Positions 1 through 12,483 of a DNA stretch of 61,381 nucleotides are shown here, piece by piece. Numbering within the stretch: the first letter of the stretch is position 1; each line of letters starts with the position of its first letter. The position numbers were made by a program, and so were the translations under genes. Under the pieces are notes generated by a model that was not told the origin of the DNA, did no database searches, and saw only the letters and a list, made by a program, of their open reading frames with translations. Source of the DNA: Octopus bimaculoides (lineage: Eukaryota); contig NC_069005.1 in the NCBI RefSeq assembly GCF_001194135.2, positions 29,520,194 through 29,581,574 on the forward strand, read 5' to 3'.

Positions 1-2108
1 GCCCCACCTATGCCTTAAATAAACAAATAAAAAGAAAACAAGAAGTACAGAAATAAATAAATAAATAAATAAAATTTTTTAAAATTAAAAATAAAGATAA
101 AAAACATTTTTAAAACATGTTTTATTTATTTATATTTGATGACACCAGTATCTGGGTCCATTTGTTTTTAAAAGTTAGCATGCCATCAAACACAGGTAAA
201 AGTTTGTATAGATGCGTGTATATATATATATATATACCTACATACATATATAGAACTCTTCACCTGCATACATTTGTTATTTTAGATAATTATGAATTAG
301 AATACAAACAATGTCATTGCTTACGTTTAGATTTGAAGGGGTGTGTGTGTATGGTTGGAAGTGTGTGTGTGTGTGCATGCATATTTGTTGTGTGTGTCGG
401 TTACATTGTTTCAGAAAGGATTAAAATGGAAGATGGCTGAATAATAATAATAATAATAATGATTTGTTTACATGATTAATAATCATTCATAATTAGGAAC
501 AGCCGAAGAACAAAAAAAAAACTACTAGCACTATCATTCTTTCCAGAAAATTTCAGTGTCTGATAGATGGAAAGCATACAGAGGAACCACCCGGAATTCT
601 TTTACTGGCGTTAACTCATGGATTACGACCATACTGTAGCTCTGCCATCAAAGCATTTAACAGATCATATTGAATCCGGTATCTATTTCAGTCCGATAAT
701 CATTTTATCAATATTCATTTGTCAAACTGCTTAGTGTTACAAGACATAAAGAGACAAATATGCCACACTGGTTTCTAGACTGGTGTAAATAGATGCAAGA
801 TGCGCACACACACACACACACACACACACTTCTGCATTGTTTGTCTACCAAATTGCACGCAAAATATTGTAAATGAATTTACCTGAATACATAAAGTGTA
901 CACTTAGTCTTGCCCTGCCTATAGATCCCCATGGTTGCACAACAGGGCTTCTTTTTGTGGAACAGTGAAAAAAAAAAAAAACAGTTTCACAGGTCATTTA
1001 CAGCACATCAGGAACTACAACTACTAGTAAAATAAATGCAATGCACCTGTAGTCCATTGCAACTTGCATACCAGCCTGCATTTTGACACTGCTGGTTACT
1101 GCATATTTTAACTTTACACACACACACACATAAAATATGAACATTTTTTTTATAGCTCGAAATTTTATGTGCTCTAAAATCAGTTATATTTTATTTAATC
1201 AAATTAAATCAATTGTTTGGAAAACAATATTTCTTATACTAAGCGAAGTGCTGAGTCAGCAAATTTTCACCAAAAATTTTAATGCTTGTCTTTATTAAAT
1301 ATAGCATCTTGCATTGCCCGAACAGAACTCAAAAGATTTATCGGCAGAAAAGAAGCAGCAATAAGCTACGCTCTGTCCAAAGACAGAATGAAATAGATAA
1401 TTCTAACGAGCTGTTAATGACTGGTAAAACTAGTGTGAGTTATTCTTCAAACCCATTTGCAGACAGTAGAAGAGAGACCCATGGTTTCATCAAGAGTCTA
1501 TTTACAAAGCAAGACTAAATGTATTTCTATTAAATGTACTTGTGCATATTTAGTTTTGAAATTATCCACAAGCACTCATATATACATACATACACACACA
1601 CACACACAAGTATGGGTACTGGCACAGTACAGGCAAAATTCATGCTGGAGTTATGTCCCTTTGTGCCAAACTTCACTTTTCCTCTCATTCTATCACAAAA
1701 CATTCAATATGTTCGTAAATTTATGTTATTTAATCTTCAAGATAACAAGCAAAATGGTTCCAGTGTTATAGCAATAGAATGGTGGGTTTCTTACAAGTCG
1801 TAAGATAGCAATCCAACACAATATATGCAAAATAATAACCCAGATTTTTTTTTTTTTAAAGTTTAATGAGGATGAATCTTATTCGTGAAGACAAAATTAA
1901 AGTAAGAAGGACAGCAACATTGAGGATTAAGATTTAGAAAGAAGACAAATTCCATGTTCACCCAGCTCCCTACCCCTCCTCTGCACACAAATATTTGGAA
2001 GTAATTTTGTTTTTTTATGAATGCAAAAAAAAAAAAAAAAAAAAAAAAAAAATTCAGGGGAAAGATTTACCATCAGAAAAAAATATAAAATAAATTTTGG
2101 ATGTTTTG

Positions 2109-2655
2109 AATAATAATAATAATGATAATAGTTATAAATTTTGGCACAAGGCCAGTAATTTCAAGGGAGCCATTGAACTCCAGTAGTCAACTAGTAATTA
2201 CTTCGACCCCCACAAAAAGGATGAAAGGCCAAGTCGACCTCAGTGGAATTTGAACTCAAAACAAAGACAAATGAAATGTCACTAAGCATTTTGCCAGCAC
2301 GCCACCTTAAAATAAGGATTTCAAATTTTGGCACAGGGCCAGAAATTTTGGGGAGTGGGGATAAGTCGTCAATTACATCAACCCCAGTGGTTAACTGGTA
2401 CTTATTTTATTGACCTCGAAAGGTTGAAAGGCAAAGTCAACCATGGCCGCATTTAAATAACAATAATAATAATGGCTTCAAATTTTGGCACAAGGCCAGC
2501 AAATTTAGGCGAGAGAGGGCTAGCCGATTAGATTACCCCCAGTATTAGACTGGTATTTATTTCATCAAGGACAAAAGGCAAAGTCAACCATAATGCAATT
2601 TAAACTTGGAGATAAGAAATACCACTAGGCACCTGATTCTGCCAGTTGGCTGCCT
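2109..2655 (-). mobile_element. Three tandem family-B tRNA-derived SINE copies
   Basis: Three repeats of AAATTTTGGCACAAGGCCAG...GAAAGGCAAAGTC(G/A)ACC...TTTGAACT, separated by (AAT)n tails; B-box-like GTTCAAAT on the minus strand. Confidence 0.8.
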
Positions 2656-4334
2656 TAAATACTAATAAAGAATTGACAAAAAGGAGGGAAAGAAAGATAG
2701 CATGTTTATACTATTAAAGAAATCAATTTAATAATCATAAGATGGGTTGGGGGGAATGTTGCAGATAAGAGAAAATTAGAAAGCAATGACTTAAGCATAC
2801 ATAAATTAAGTTTGTGATTGTTGGTATGGCTGTGAATAGTGTTATAACACATCCTTTTGATATATATATATATATANNNNNNNNNNNNNNNNNNNNNNNN
2901 NNNNNNNNNNNNNNNNNNNNNNNNNNNNNNNNNNNNNNNNNNNNNNNNNNNNNNNNNNNNNNNNNNNNNNNNNNNNNNNNNNNNNNNNNNNNNNNNNNNN
3001 NNNNNNNNNNNNNNNNNNNNNNNNNNNNNNNNNNNNNNNNNNNNNNNNNNNNNNNNNNNNNNNNNNNNNNNNNNNNNNNNNNNNNNNNNNNNNNNNNNNN
3101 NNNNNNNNNNNNNNNNNNNNNNNNNNNNNNNNNNNNNNNNNNNNNNNNNNNNNNNNNNNNNNNNNNNNNNNNNNNNNNNNNNNNNNNNNNNNNNNNNNNN
3201 NNNNNNNNNNNNNNNNNNNNNNNNNNNNNNNNNNNNNNNNNNNNNNNNNNNNNNNNNNNNNNNNNNNNNNNNNNNNNNNNNNNNNNNNNNNNNNNNNNNN
3301 NNNNNNNNNNNNNNNNNNNNNNNNNNNNNNNNNNNNNNNNNNNNNNNNNNNNNNNNNNNNNNNNNNNNNNNNNNNNNNNNNNNNNNNNNNNNNNNNNNNN
3401 NNNNNNNNNNNNNNNNNNNNNNNNNNNNNNNNNNNNNNNNNNNNNNNNNNNNNNNNNNNNNNNNNNNNNNNNNNNNNNNNNNNNNNNNNNNNNNNNNNNN
3501 NNNNNNNNNNNNNNNNNNNNNNNNNNNNNNNNNNNNNNNNNNNNNNNNNNNNNNNNNAAAAAAAAAAAAAAAAAAAAGAGAAAGAAATGAGATCGTCTAC
3601 ATTTTGGTTCAAATTCGTTTGAAGTTTGTCTTATAGGAAGAAACAAACACTGGCTGTGTACAGAACATTGCTGAATTTGAGTAGATAAAGTCCAACACTG
3701 CCATCTCCTCCGACATTGCTCTTCATCTGTCTCACACACATGACCCTCAGTAACCCAACTTCCCCCTGCCTTTTCTATAATCAGAATGAAGGAGGTGTTT
3801 TTTTTTTATATATATATTTCAGTTGTAAAATAAAAGAAAAAGAGTTGTAAAATTAAAGAAAAGAAGTTGTATGACAAAAGATCAAATAGTTTTAGCTTGG
3901 AAACTTCAGTATTTCTTTTAAATTTGAAGTTAGATTCTGTTTTAATAAAAAAAACTGTGACAAGTAGAATATCTAACAGACACCCATCTTCCACAGCCAT
4001 GGTTGATGGAATTCATCATCCGTGCAGCCACCATGGACAATATCCATTGCCCACATATCCACTGGGAATAATGTCATTCACAGAACCGCCATGAATGATA
4101 TCCAGCTTCCCAACGCACACAAGTTGGTAGACCAACTGCTGCCCTTTATTATCAAAAGGTACCACATAGATAAAAGAAATGGTTCAAATGTAAAAATAAG
4201 AAGGGGGTGGGGGGAAACAAAAAGGAAAAAAAAAACTGATCTCGTGGTTTTCAGTGTTGGAACAATAAATTATTCCCATAATAAATGGCAACTAACATTG
4301 GTACAAAGCCAGAAATTTAAGTGAAGGAAAAACT

Positions 4335-4615
4335 TTCAAATTTTATCGACCTCAGAAGGATGCAAGATAAAGTTGACCTCAGCAGGATATTATGATAGTG
4401 TCAAGGAACATTAAATACTGCATAGCATTTTGTCTGCTATTATTATCATTATGGTTTCAAATTTTGGTACAATCCCAGGAAGTTTAGGAGAAGCTGGGAG
4501 GGGAGGGGTGTCGTCGATTACATTGCTCCCCCCCCCACTACTTCACTGGTACTTTATTTTATTGACCCCCGAAAGGATGAAATGAAAAGTTAAACCTGAG
4601 TGGTATTTGAACTCA
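4335..4615 (-). mobile_element. Two partial family-B SINE copies
   Basis: GACCTCAGAAGGATG...AAGTTGACCTC and CAAATTTTGG...ACTGGTACTTTATTTTATTGACCCCCGAAAGGATGAAA match other B copies. Confidence 0.65.
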
Positions 4616-5004
4616 AGTGTTTGTAATAATCATAAGACAATGAAGAATAAATATTCCAGTGATTGTTTCAAAGAATTCAATAATGATAGCACTCCCATCT
4701 TGGTAATTGTAGCCCTAATTAAATGAGGTCTCAGAGCAATTAATGAAGCCAAGAATCAACTTTTCAGAAACGACCCATTATGTAATGCGCGCGCGCGTGT
4801 GTGTGTGTGTGTGTGTGTGTGTGCGTATATATATATATATATATATATCTATCTATATATATATATCATGTGACCAACCTGACTATTAGACCTCATTATA
4901 TATTGCTGGTCACAATACTCTTTGCATTGAATGAATGATGGTTTTAGCTTTTGAAAGTGGTCAGACAACAGGTCAACCCCATACCACCCACCCACCAAAA
5001 GGGG

Positions 5005-5125
5005 GACTGGAGAAATGTGAAGGAAGTGTTTTGTACAAAAAACACAACGCGCCACCTTTTCTGGGAATTGAACCCATGATCTAGCAGCCGTGAGTGCAAC
5101 ACTCTAACCACTAGGCCATGCACCA
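5005..5125 (-). mobile_element. Family-D SINE head fragment
   Basis: Minus strand GGTGCATGGCCTAGTGGTTAGAGTG (A box) ...GGTTCAATTCC (B box). Confidence 0.65.
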
Positions 5126-5748
5126 TTCACTCACACATGCACAGCATAGAATATTTAATTTCAAATGCACTTTTATTCCAGTAGATATTTTAAAGTGTGG
5201 ATTAAAAACACCCTATTAGAATAACTCCCCACCCCAATTGGGGTTTTACTTATAATTAGTTATTCATCACTAAGGTACATATGCCACACACACACACACA
5301 CACTTTCATATATACACACAGACATTCATGTATACACACAAACACATGGTTATTTCTGACCAATTTCAAGCTAGATTTTCAATTGTACCGAACAGTCTGA
5401 CAGCCAAAATACCCCAAAATTTCCACAAGAATGACGATTCGGCAAGTCTAGTTAACAGCTCATGACAGATTGTCTACTCAAGCCCAGCAACGCTTTAATT
5501 TTTTGTTCTTTTTTCTTTTTTTTTTTTGTTGGAGGGGAGGAATTTCATCTTATTTGTTTGTTTTATCCACTGCAACTCCAAACCCAAGAAAACCTGGTAA
5601 AAGTTGCAAAAAGAGAACGTTTAATTAAAAAAAAAAAAAAAAATTGGATGGTGAAGAAAATTACAATTGAGTTTTTAATTGTTCTTTTTAGTGTGTGTGT
5701 TTTTTTTTCCGTCTTTTCTTTGTCCACACCAAATAACAGGTAAACTGT

Positions 5749-5868
<120 letters not shown>

Positions 5869-5944
5869 TTAAGACATACAGAAAGACAGGATAAAATTAA
5901 ATAGTTTGATGTGACATAGTAGAAATATACTAAACATAAGATTC

Positions 5945-6550
5945 AGGTGTGGCTGAGTGGTAAGAAGCTGGCTTCTCAACCACATGGTTCAGTCCCACTG
6001 CGTGGCACCTTGGGCAAGTGTCTTCTACTATAGCCTCGGGCCGACCAAAGCATGGTGATTGGATTTGGTAGACGGAAACTGAAAGCAGACTGTTGTATGT
6101 GTGTGTTATTTCTTTGCTACCCACAAGGGGCTACACACAGAGGGGACAAACAAGGACAGACAAATGGATTAAGTCGATTATATCGACCCCAGTGTGTAAC
6201 TGGTACTTATTTAATCGACCCCCGAAAGGATGAAAGGCAAAGTCGACCTCGGCGGAATTTGAACTCAGAACATACCGGCAGACGAAATACTGCTAAGCAT
6301 TTCGCCCGGCGTGCTAATGTTTCTGCCAGCTCACCACCGTGTGTGCGAGTCCCCCATCACTGCTTGACAACTAGTGGTGTGTTTATATATCTGTAACTTA
6401 GCAGTTTGGCAAAAGAGACCGATAGAATAAGTACTAGGCTTCGAAAAATTATAAATCTTAGGCTTGATTTATTTGACTAAAACCCTTCAAGGTGGTGCCC
6501 CAGCATGGCCATAGTCTAATGACTGAAACAAGTAAAAGATGAAAGATAAG
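5945..6550 (+). mobile_element. Family-A tRNA-derived SINE with CORE-like segment, interrupted by a family-B insertion
   Basis: Head GGTGTGGCTGAGTGGTAAG, GGTTCAGTCCC, CCTTGGGCAAGTG (resembles the MIR/CORE motif), tail AAAAGATGAAAGAT; colinear with the 7786 copy apart from the insert. Confidence 0.85.
6107..6338 (-). mobile_element. Family-B SINE (long-tail variant) nested in family A
   Basis: Nearly colinear with 55811-56037; flanked by GTGTGTG on both sides. Confidence 0.85.
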
Positions 6551-6857
6551 AGTAATTAATACTACCAATGATTTTCTTTTATTGTTGTTGTTGTTTTTCT
6601 GCTGTGTTGTTGTTGTTGTTTAGACAGATTATCTAAATCTTCTTAAATCAACAAGAGATCAGAGTAAGTCAAACAACCAGCTCAAGCAACAATCAAGCTG
6701 TAAACATTGTGGATTGCCCACCCATATCCACACCATTGTTCTAACGTCTACTTTTCCATGCTTGCATGGGCCAGACAATATTTACAGAGGTAAATTTTTC
6801 TACGGCCAAAAGCCCCTTCCTGCTACCAACTCTCACCCATTTACAAGAGGAAGAGGA

Positions 6858-7074
6858 ACCAATATTTGGTCCCAGGCTAGCAAGTTCAGGAGGGGGGGGG
6901 GATATGTCAGTTACATCAACCCCAGTGCTCGACCGGTACTTATTTTTATCGACCACCCAAAGGGACGAAACGCAAAGTGGACCTCGGTGGAATTTGAATT
7001 CAGAACATTAAGACAGACGAAATGCTTAGCAACATTTCATTTGGCGTGCTAATGATTTTGCTGGCTCGCCACCT
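6858..7074 (-). mobile_element. Family-B SINE starting about 35 nt into intron 3
   Basis: CCCCAGTGCTCGACCGGTACTTATTTTTATCGACC...GAATTTGAATTCAGAAC...GCTGGCTCGCC. Confidence 0.75.
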
Positions 7075-7108
7075 TCAAAGGAATCGATATTACAAATATC
7101 TCTCTTAC

Positions 7109-7306
7109 CTGTGTCAGTGCTGAACACTCAACATATTTCACAGCACGTAATTCCTTGGCCAACTTCTCTCCTTGTTCATATGATATTGGCTTCTGTTTGT
7201 TCTTTGCCAATCTTTCTATTGTACCGGCATCATCTCTCAAATCAATTTGTGTTCCTACCAGCAGGAACGGTGTTTTCTGGCAATGATGTGTGATTTCTGG
7301 AACCCA
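7109..7306 (-). CDS. CDC42: Cdc42 coding exon 3 (aa 97-162, [24 protein letters not shown]...VECSALTQ)
   Basis: Within ORF 7049-7312; has the Cdc42-type TQID G4 box and CSAL G5 box; acceptor TTTTGCAG|TGG; donor CAG|GTAAGA; 198 nt, phase 0/0. Confidence 0.98.
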
Positions 7307-7678
7307 CTGCAAAAGAACATAGGAATATCTAAGAAAATCTATTTTACAGTGTAAATCATTAACAATGTGAAGGTGGTGGTGGTGGTGGGTGGGGCCGCAA
7401 TCTTATCTGAACCTTACAGAGAGGAAGAGAGAGACAATATAGAAAAGAATTTCCATCTTTTGTGATCTTATTTCCACTGAAATATTACTGCTCATGTGTT
7501 TTAATTATAGAAAATAATCAAGACTATGCTGAATATGCAGAATACATACAAACGTACACACATGCACACACAGTGCTGAATGAAGAACTGCCCTGATAAA
7601 TCTTTTAAAAGGAGAGAGACAGACAGACAGACGAACACAGACATGGACAGATACACTCAAAGAGAAAGAGAGACAGGC

Positions 7679-7725
<47 letters not shown>

Positions 7726-7785
7726 GAGACAGAGAGAGAGACAGAGAGAGAGAGAGAAAGAGAAAAAGAGTAGATCTATGACATA

Positions 7786-8107
7786 GGCGTAGGAGTGGCT
7801 GTGTGGTAAGTAGCTTGCTTACCAACCACATGGTCCCGGATTCAGTCCCACTGCGTGGCATCTTGGGTAAGTGTCTTCTACTATAGCCTCGGGCCGACCA
7901 AAGCTTTGTGAGTGGATTTGGTAGACGGAAACTGAAAGAAGCCCGTCGTATATATGTATGTGTGTGCGTGTGTTTGTCCCCCCAACATCGCTTGACAACC
8001 GATGCTGGTGTGTTTATGTCCCCGTAACTTAACGGTTTGGCAAAAGAGACCGATAGAATAAGTACTAGGCTTCTAAAGAATAAGTCCTGGGGTCGATTTG
8101 CTTGACT
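7786..8107 (+). mobile_element. Family-A SINE, young copy running into a gap
   Basis: GGCGTAGGAGTGGCTGTGTGGTAAG head; body matches the 5945 copy; CpGs retained. Confidence 0.85.
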
Positions 8108-8578
8108 NNNNNNNNNNNNNNNNNNNNNNNNNNNNNNNNNNNNNNNNNNNNNNNNNNNNNNNNNNNNNNNNNNNNNNNNNNNNNNNNNNNNNNNNNNNNN
8201 NNNNNNNNNNNNNNNNNNNNNNNNNNNNNNNNNNNNNNNNNNNNNNNNNNNNNNNNNNNNNNNNNNNNNNNNNNNNNNNNNNNNNNNNNNNNNNNNNNNN
8301 NNNNNNNNNNNNNNNNNNNNNNNNNNNNNNNNNNNNNNNNNNNNNNNNNNNNNNNNNNNNNNNNNNNNNNNNNNNNNNNNNNNNNNNNNNNNNNNNNNNN
8401 NNNNNNNNNNNNNNNNNNNNNNNNNNNNNNNNNNNNNNNNNNNNNNNNNNNNNNNNNNNNNNNNNNNNNNNNNNNNNNNNNNNNNNNNNNNNNNNNNNNN
8501 NNNNNNNNNNNNNNNNNNNNNNNNNNNNNNNNNNNNNNNNNNNNNNNNNNNNNNNNNNNNNNNNNNNNNNNNNNNNNN

Positions 8579-8852
8579 GTTTTTGAGGGCCGCTTGTATA
8601 CGGACAGAATTGAAAGCATTTAGCTTTCTCATGCTATTATCACAATAATGAATGATCGTGGATTCAACAGGAAATATTACTGTTGCAAAAACAGTAATAT
8701 CTTTCTTTTTTACTTTTCATTACAATCTTTAATTTTTGATTAGAATCTTAAAAATGTTTAAATAAACCCGTTTCATGAAAGTATCAAGCGGGCTGCAAGA
8801 TAAAAGTCTGCGGGCCGCATGCAGCCCACAGGCCTCAGGTTGACCAGCCCTG
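8579..8852. mobile_element. hAT (Charlie-like) non-autonomous element end
   Basis: Terminal GCGGGCCGCATGCAGCCC...GGTTGACCAGCCCTG followed by CTCTACAG (close to the NTCTAGAN Charlie target); other end lost in the gap; internal 11-bp perfect stem at 8674-8700. Confidence 0.6.
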
Positions 8853-8916
8853 CTCTACAGACTCACTCGAGCAGCTAGAAACAGCAGCCAAGTCTCCCAA
8901 ATGACATGCAACTCTC

Positions 8917-9130
8917 TTAATCTCTTAGCATTCAGATTTATTTATCAAATGTCATGCTTATTTATTCATATTGTTTTGAATTAATCATGGATTATCTTGT
9001 AGATTCAAGATTTCAATGGTGTGGTTGTATATTTTTAGAATGACATTGTAGGAAAGGTGCGAGAGGTTGGATCTGGTCAGTTCTAACAAAAAACAGGTAG
9101 AATATTTGGGCCGGATATCAAAAGGGTTAA
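8917..9130 (+). mobile_element. piggyBac-like MITE family E
   Basis: TTAA-flanked, ends (C)CCTTTAGCATT / AAAGGG|TTAA; body homologous to other E copies. Confidence 0.7.
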
Positions 9131-9885
9131 TCAGGCCTTGTTGACCTGGGGCTAAACAGCAACTCCTTTGAAGATAGACACAACAAAACTGGTATCCAAG
9201 CATGGATACAGTCCACTTGGTGAAACTAGAAAAAGAGCACTGGTGACCACCTCCAATGGATTACAGCAATGGAAATATGAGTGAATCAAATTCAATTGCC
9301 ATTTAATGTTATGTACACCAGGAACTGTTGTTTGCTCCACATAAATAAGAAGGAGGAGACTGGATCAAAATGATAAAAGTGGAACACTTCCTGTACATTA
9401 GGAAACTTGATAAAATCTTAAAAAGCAGAAAAAGCTCAAAATGTTGTCATTGCTAAGCTTCTGCCATTATTGCAGGCTAACATATCAGTGATAAATTTCA
9501 ACTGACATCCTTGACTGTAGATCTATATCTCTGGTGCTGAAATTAGCCTAGTTTCCAGTTGCATCTACTTCAGCAGGTGTATTTTTAAACCAGGATGTCT
9601 AGTTTAATCCTTTCGTGATCATATTTCTAACGAAACACACAGTCTCAGCATTTCAATTTTGAAAAAATATCAAGAATTTAGAGATTTTACGGAAACAACT
9701 GGGTTTTTTTTTTTTGGAGGGGTGGGGGTCATCATTAAACTGATGTTTGGAACATAACAAAATAGTTCAAACAATAAATTATGATGGAAGGTTTTGAGTT
9801 AGGGTTAGGACGGAAGGTTTTGAGTTAGGGTTAGGATGGAAGATTTTAGGTTTTGATGGAAGGCTTTAAGTTTTAAGGTGCATGT

Positions 9886-10226
9886 GAAGGTTCATGGCCC
9901 AGTGGTTAGAGTGTCGGGCTCACAATCGTGAAGTAGGGAGTTCGATTCTTGGACCAGGCTGCATGTTGTGTCCTTGAGCAAGACACTTTATTTCACATTG
10001 CTCTAGTTCACTGAGCTGTAGAAATGAGTTGTGATGTCACCTATGCCAAGCTGTATCAGCCTTTGCCTTTCCCTTGGGTTACATCAATGGCACGGAGAGG
10101 GAAGACTGGAATGCATGGGCAACTGCTGGTCTTTCATAAACAACCATGTCTGGACTTGTGCCTTGGAGGCTAACTTTCAAGGTGCAACCCCATGGTCATT
10201 CATGACTGAAGGGGGAGGGGGTCTTT
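9886..10226 (+). mobile_element. Family-D tRNA-derived SINE
   Basis: A box TGGCCCAGTGGTTAG, B box GAGTTCGATTC, CCTTGAGCAAGACAC segment; inverted homologue at 11187-11502. Confidence 0.8.
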
Positions 10227-10442
10227 AACCCTTTAGCATTCAGATCATTCTGTCAAATGTAATCCTCATTAATTCACATTGTTTGGGATTAATCACGTAT
10301 TATCTTGTAGCTTGGAGATTTTAACGATGTAATTCTTTATTTTTAGAATGACATTGTAAGGTAGGTGTGAGAGGCCACTTGGAATGTAAAACATGTAGAC
10401 TATTTGGTTCAGATATGGCCGGTTCGAATAACAAAGGGTTAA
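10225..10442 (+). mobile_element. piggyBac-like MITE family E
   Basis: TTAA|CCCTTTAGCATT ... CAAAGGG|TTAA. Confidence 0.75.
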
Positions 10443-11186
10443 AACAAATGTTCTATCATAGAATGAGAAGCAGTCTTGGGTGGTTCGGCATCAAAACGGT
10501 TAAGTATCAGAAGAACTACATTTGTTCCCATTATCCCTATTTGAATAGGGTCAGACTTTTCTCAGGCCATGTCTGTCAGTGGTACAGAGATCTAATAATA
10601 ATATTGCATTTAGAGAAGAAGAAAAAAATGATACCCACAAGTTTTTAATGTACATAACACAAAGGTCAATGTTTCAACAACAGTATTAAGACCTCTTCTA
10701 TTGTAATCACTATTTTAAATGAAATTTAAGCATTATGAAATATTTCACAACTACTTTACAGGGTGGTTCGGAAATGTTTTGCAATACAATTTTTATGCAT
10801 CTTAATCCTGGATTTTCCTAAATGAAAGGCCTAACATTTTAAGCACTTCCACTTCAACACAGTCTAGTGTCATTAACTACTACTACTACCATTGTTTTAC
10901 TTTGAGTAACTTCCGACTAATGTATCACCAAATTTTCCCTATACAATTTGGGCGTGTGGCCCACTAACATTCATGTCACCACACAGCACAGTTATCTTTC
11001 TTGGATGAGTCAGATGACAGCCCACTACGCCATGAGGAACTGATGTGCTGAAGTGAATTACTGATTTTTAAAAATATAATCGAACACTTCACAAATCTGA
11101 ATTAATTTTTAACCAACTTGTGAAACATTATCATTTTGTACACAAGTATGATTAACATCTTTAGCATCCCGATTATTCTGTCAAAT

Positions 11187-11502
11187 GTAAGACCCCCTTT
11201 GGTCATGAATGAACAGAGGATTGCACCTGGAAAGTTACCCTCTGAGGCACAAGTCCAGACAAAGTTGTTTATGAAAGACCAGCAATCACCCGTGCCTACC
11301 AGTCTCCCCTCTCCATGCCACTGATGTTGTCCAAGGGAAAAGCAAAAGGGGCCGATACAGCTTGGCACCAGTGACGTTGCAACTCATTTCTACAGCTGAG
11401 TGAACTGGAGCAACATGAAATAAAGTGTCTTGCTCAAGAACACAAAACACAACCCGGTCTGGGAATCAAGCTCGCTAGCCACTGAGCCATGTGCCACCTT
11501 CA
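11187..11502 (-). mobile_element. Family-D SINE (inverted relative to the 9886 copy)
   Basis: Reverse complement is colinear with 9886-10226 (paired ORFs MPSCISLC / MPSCIGPF in the ORF track). Confidence 0.8.
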
Positions 11503-11552
11503 CTAGAGACCTTACTAGACAAATTACATATTTCTAGCTTACCTAGCAAGTC

Positions 11553-11768
11553 TTAACCCTTCAGCATTCAGATTATTCTGTAAAATGCGATGCTTATTTA
11601 TTTGCATGATTTTCATCTATCTCAAAGCTTCAAGATTACAATGATATGAGGTTATATTTTCGGGATAACATTGTAGGGTAGGTATGAGAGGCAAAACCTA
11701 GCAGTTTGGACACAAAACAAGTAGAATATTTGGGCCAGATATGGTCAGTTTAAATGCATAAGCATTAA
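11553..11768 (+). mobile_element. piggyBac-like MITE family E
   Basis: TTAA|CCCTTCAGCATTCAGATT start; degenerate right end AATGCATAAGCATTAA. Confidence 0.7.
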
Positions 11769-11791
11769 GTGTTCTTTTATTATTATTATTA

Positions 11792-12156
11792 ATTACCTCC
11801 GCCTTAGCAAAGGTGGAGGTATTGTTTTCAGTTGCATTTGTTTGTTTATCCATGGATAAGATATCAAGAACCGCTGGATGGATTCGGATAAGACTTTCAG
11901 GGATGTTTGGCCCTATGACTGGCACAAACGGATTAGATTTTGGGATCGATCCAGTACCGGACAAGGATTCTGGATTATTTTTCCTGTTTTTTTTACTTAA
12001 TTATTGAGAGCGATCGGGTTCATTTTTAGTACTCTCGTTTGTGAGAGCAGTTGAGTTTATTTCAGATATTCTCATTTTAAAAATCATCTCTGGGTAATTG
12101 TTGAGAGGACATTAGTGTTGCCTTGGCAGAGGTTTGTGCTCTCTGAGTGCTCTTGT
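11792..12156 (+). mobile_element. Helentron-associated non-autonomous element (HINE / DINE-1-like)
   Basis: 5' hairpin ACCTCCGCCT-tagcaa-AGGTGGAGGT, then TTTGTTTG microsatellite, 3' subterminal IR GGCAGAGGT plus short hairpin GTGCTCTCTGAGTGC, T-rich flanks. Confidence 0.7.
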
Positions 12157-12483
12157 TGTTGTTGTTATTATTATTATTATTATTATTATTAGTTTGGTGC
12201 TTATAATGCCTAGTGGCATTAGACTTCAAATCTCAGCAGTTTAATGCCACCTTCCATAGGTTCTGCAATGAAACCCATGTCGTCCTCATACAGTAACTTT
12301 TTATAGGGCTCTGGCTCAGACATTGCTTGTTATCAGCTTGCAAACTTCAAAAACTTTGGTCAACTCGAAACTCCATCTTCTGGTCTACTTTTAGTTCTAA
12401 ACAGCTCTCATGAGCTAAAATTCAAAAGTCACACTAATTGTCAAAAACTGTTGCTTATGAAGTAGACATTAAGCAGGACTTAC

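Noticed and set aside
100-680. FD/VFD-encoding matches near 185 and 655 as a second Cdc42 terminal exon
   Set aside because: No acceptor and no further similarity (VFDGMLTF, KCFDGRAT).
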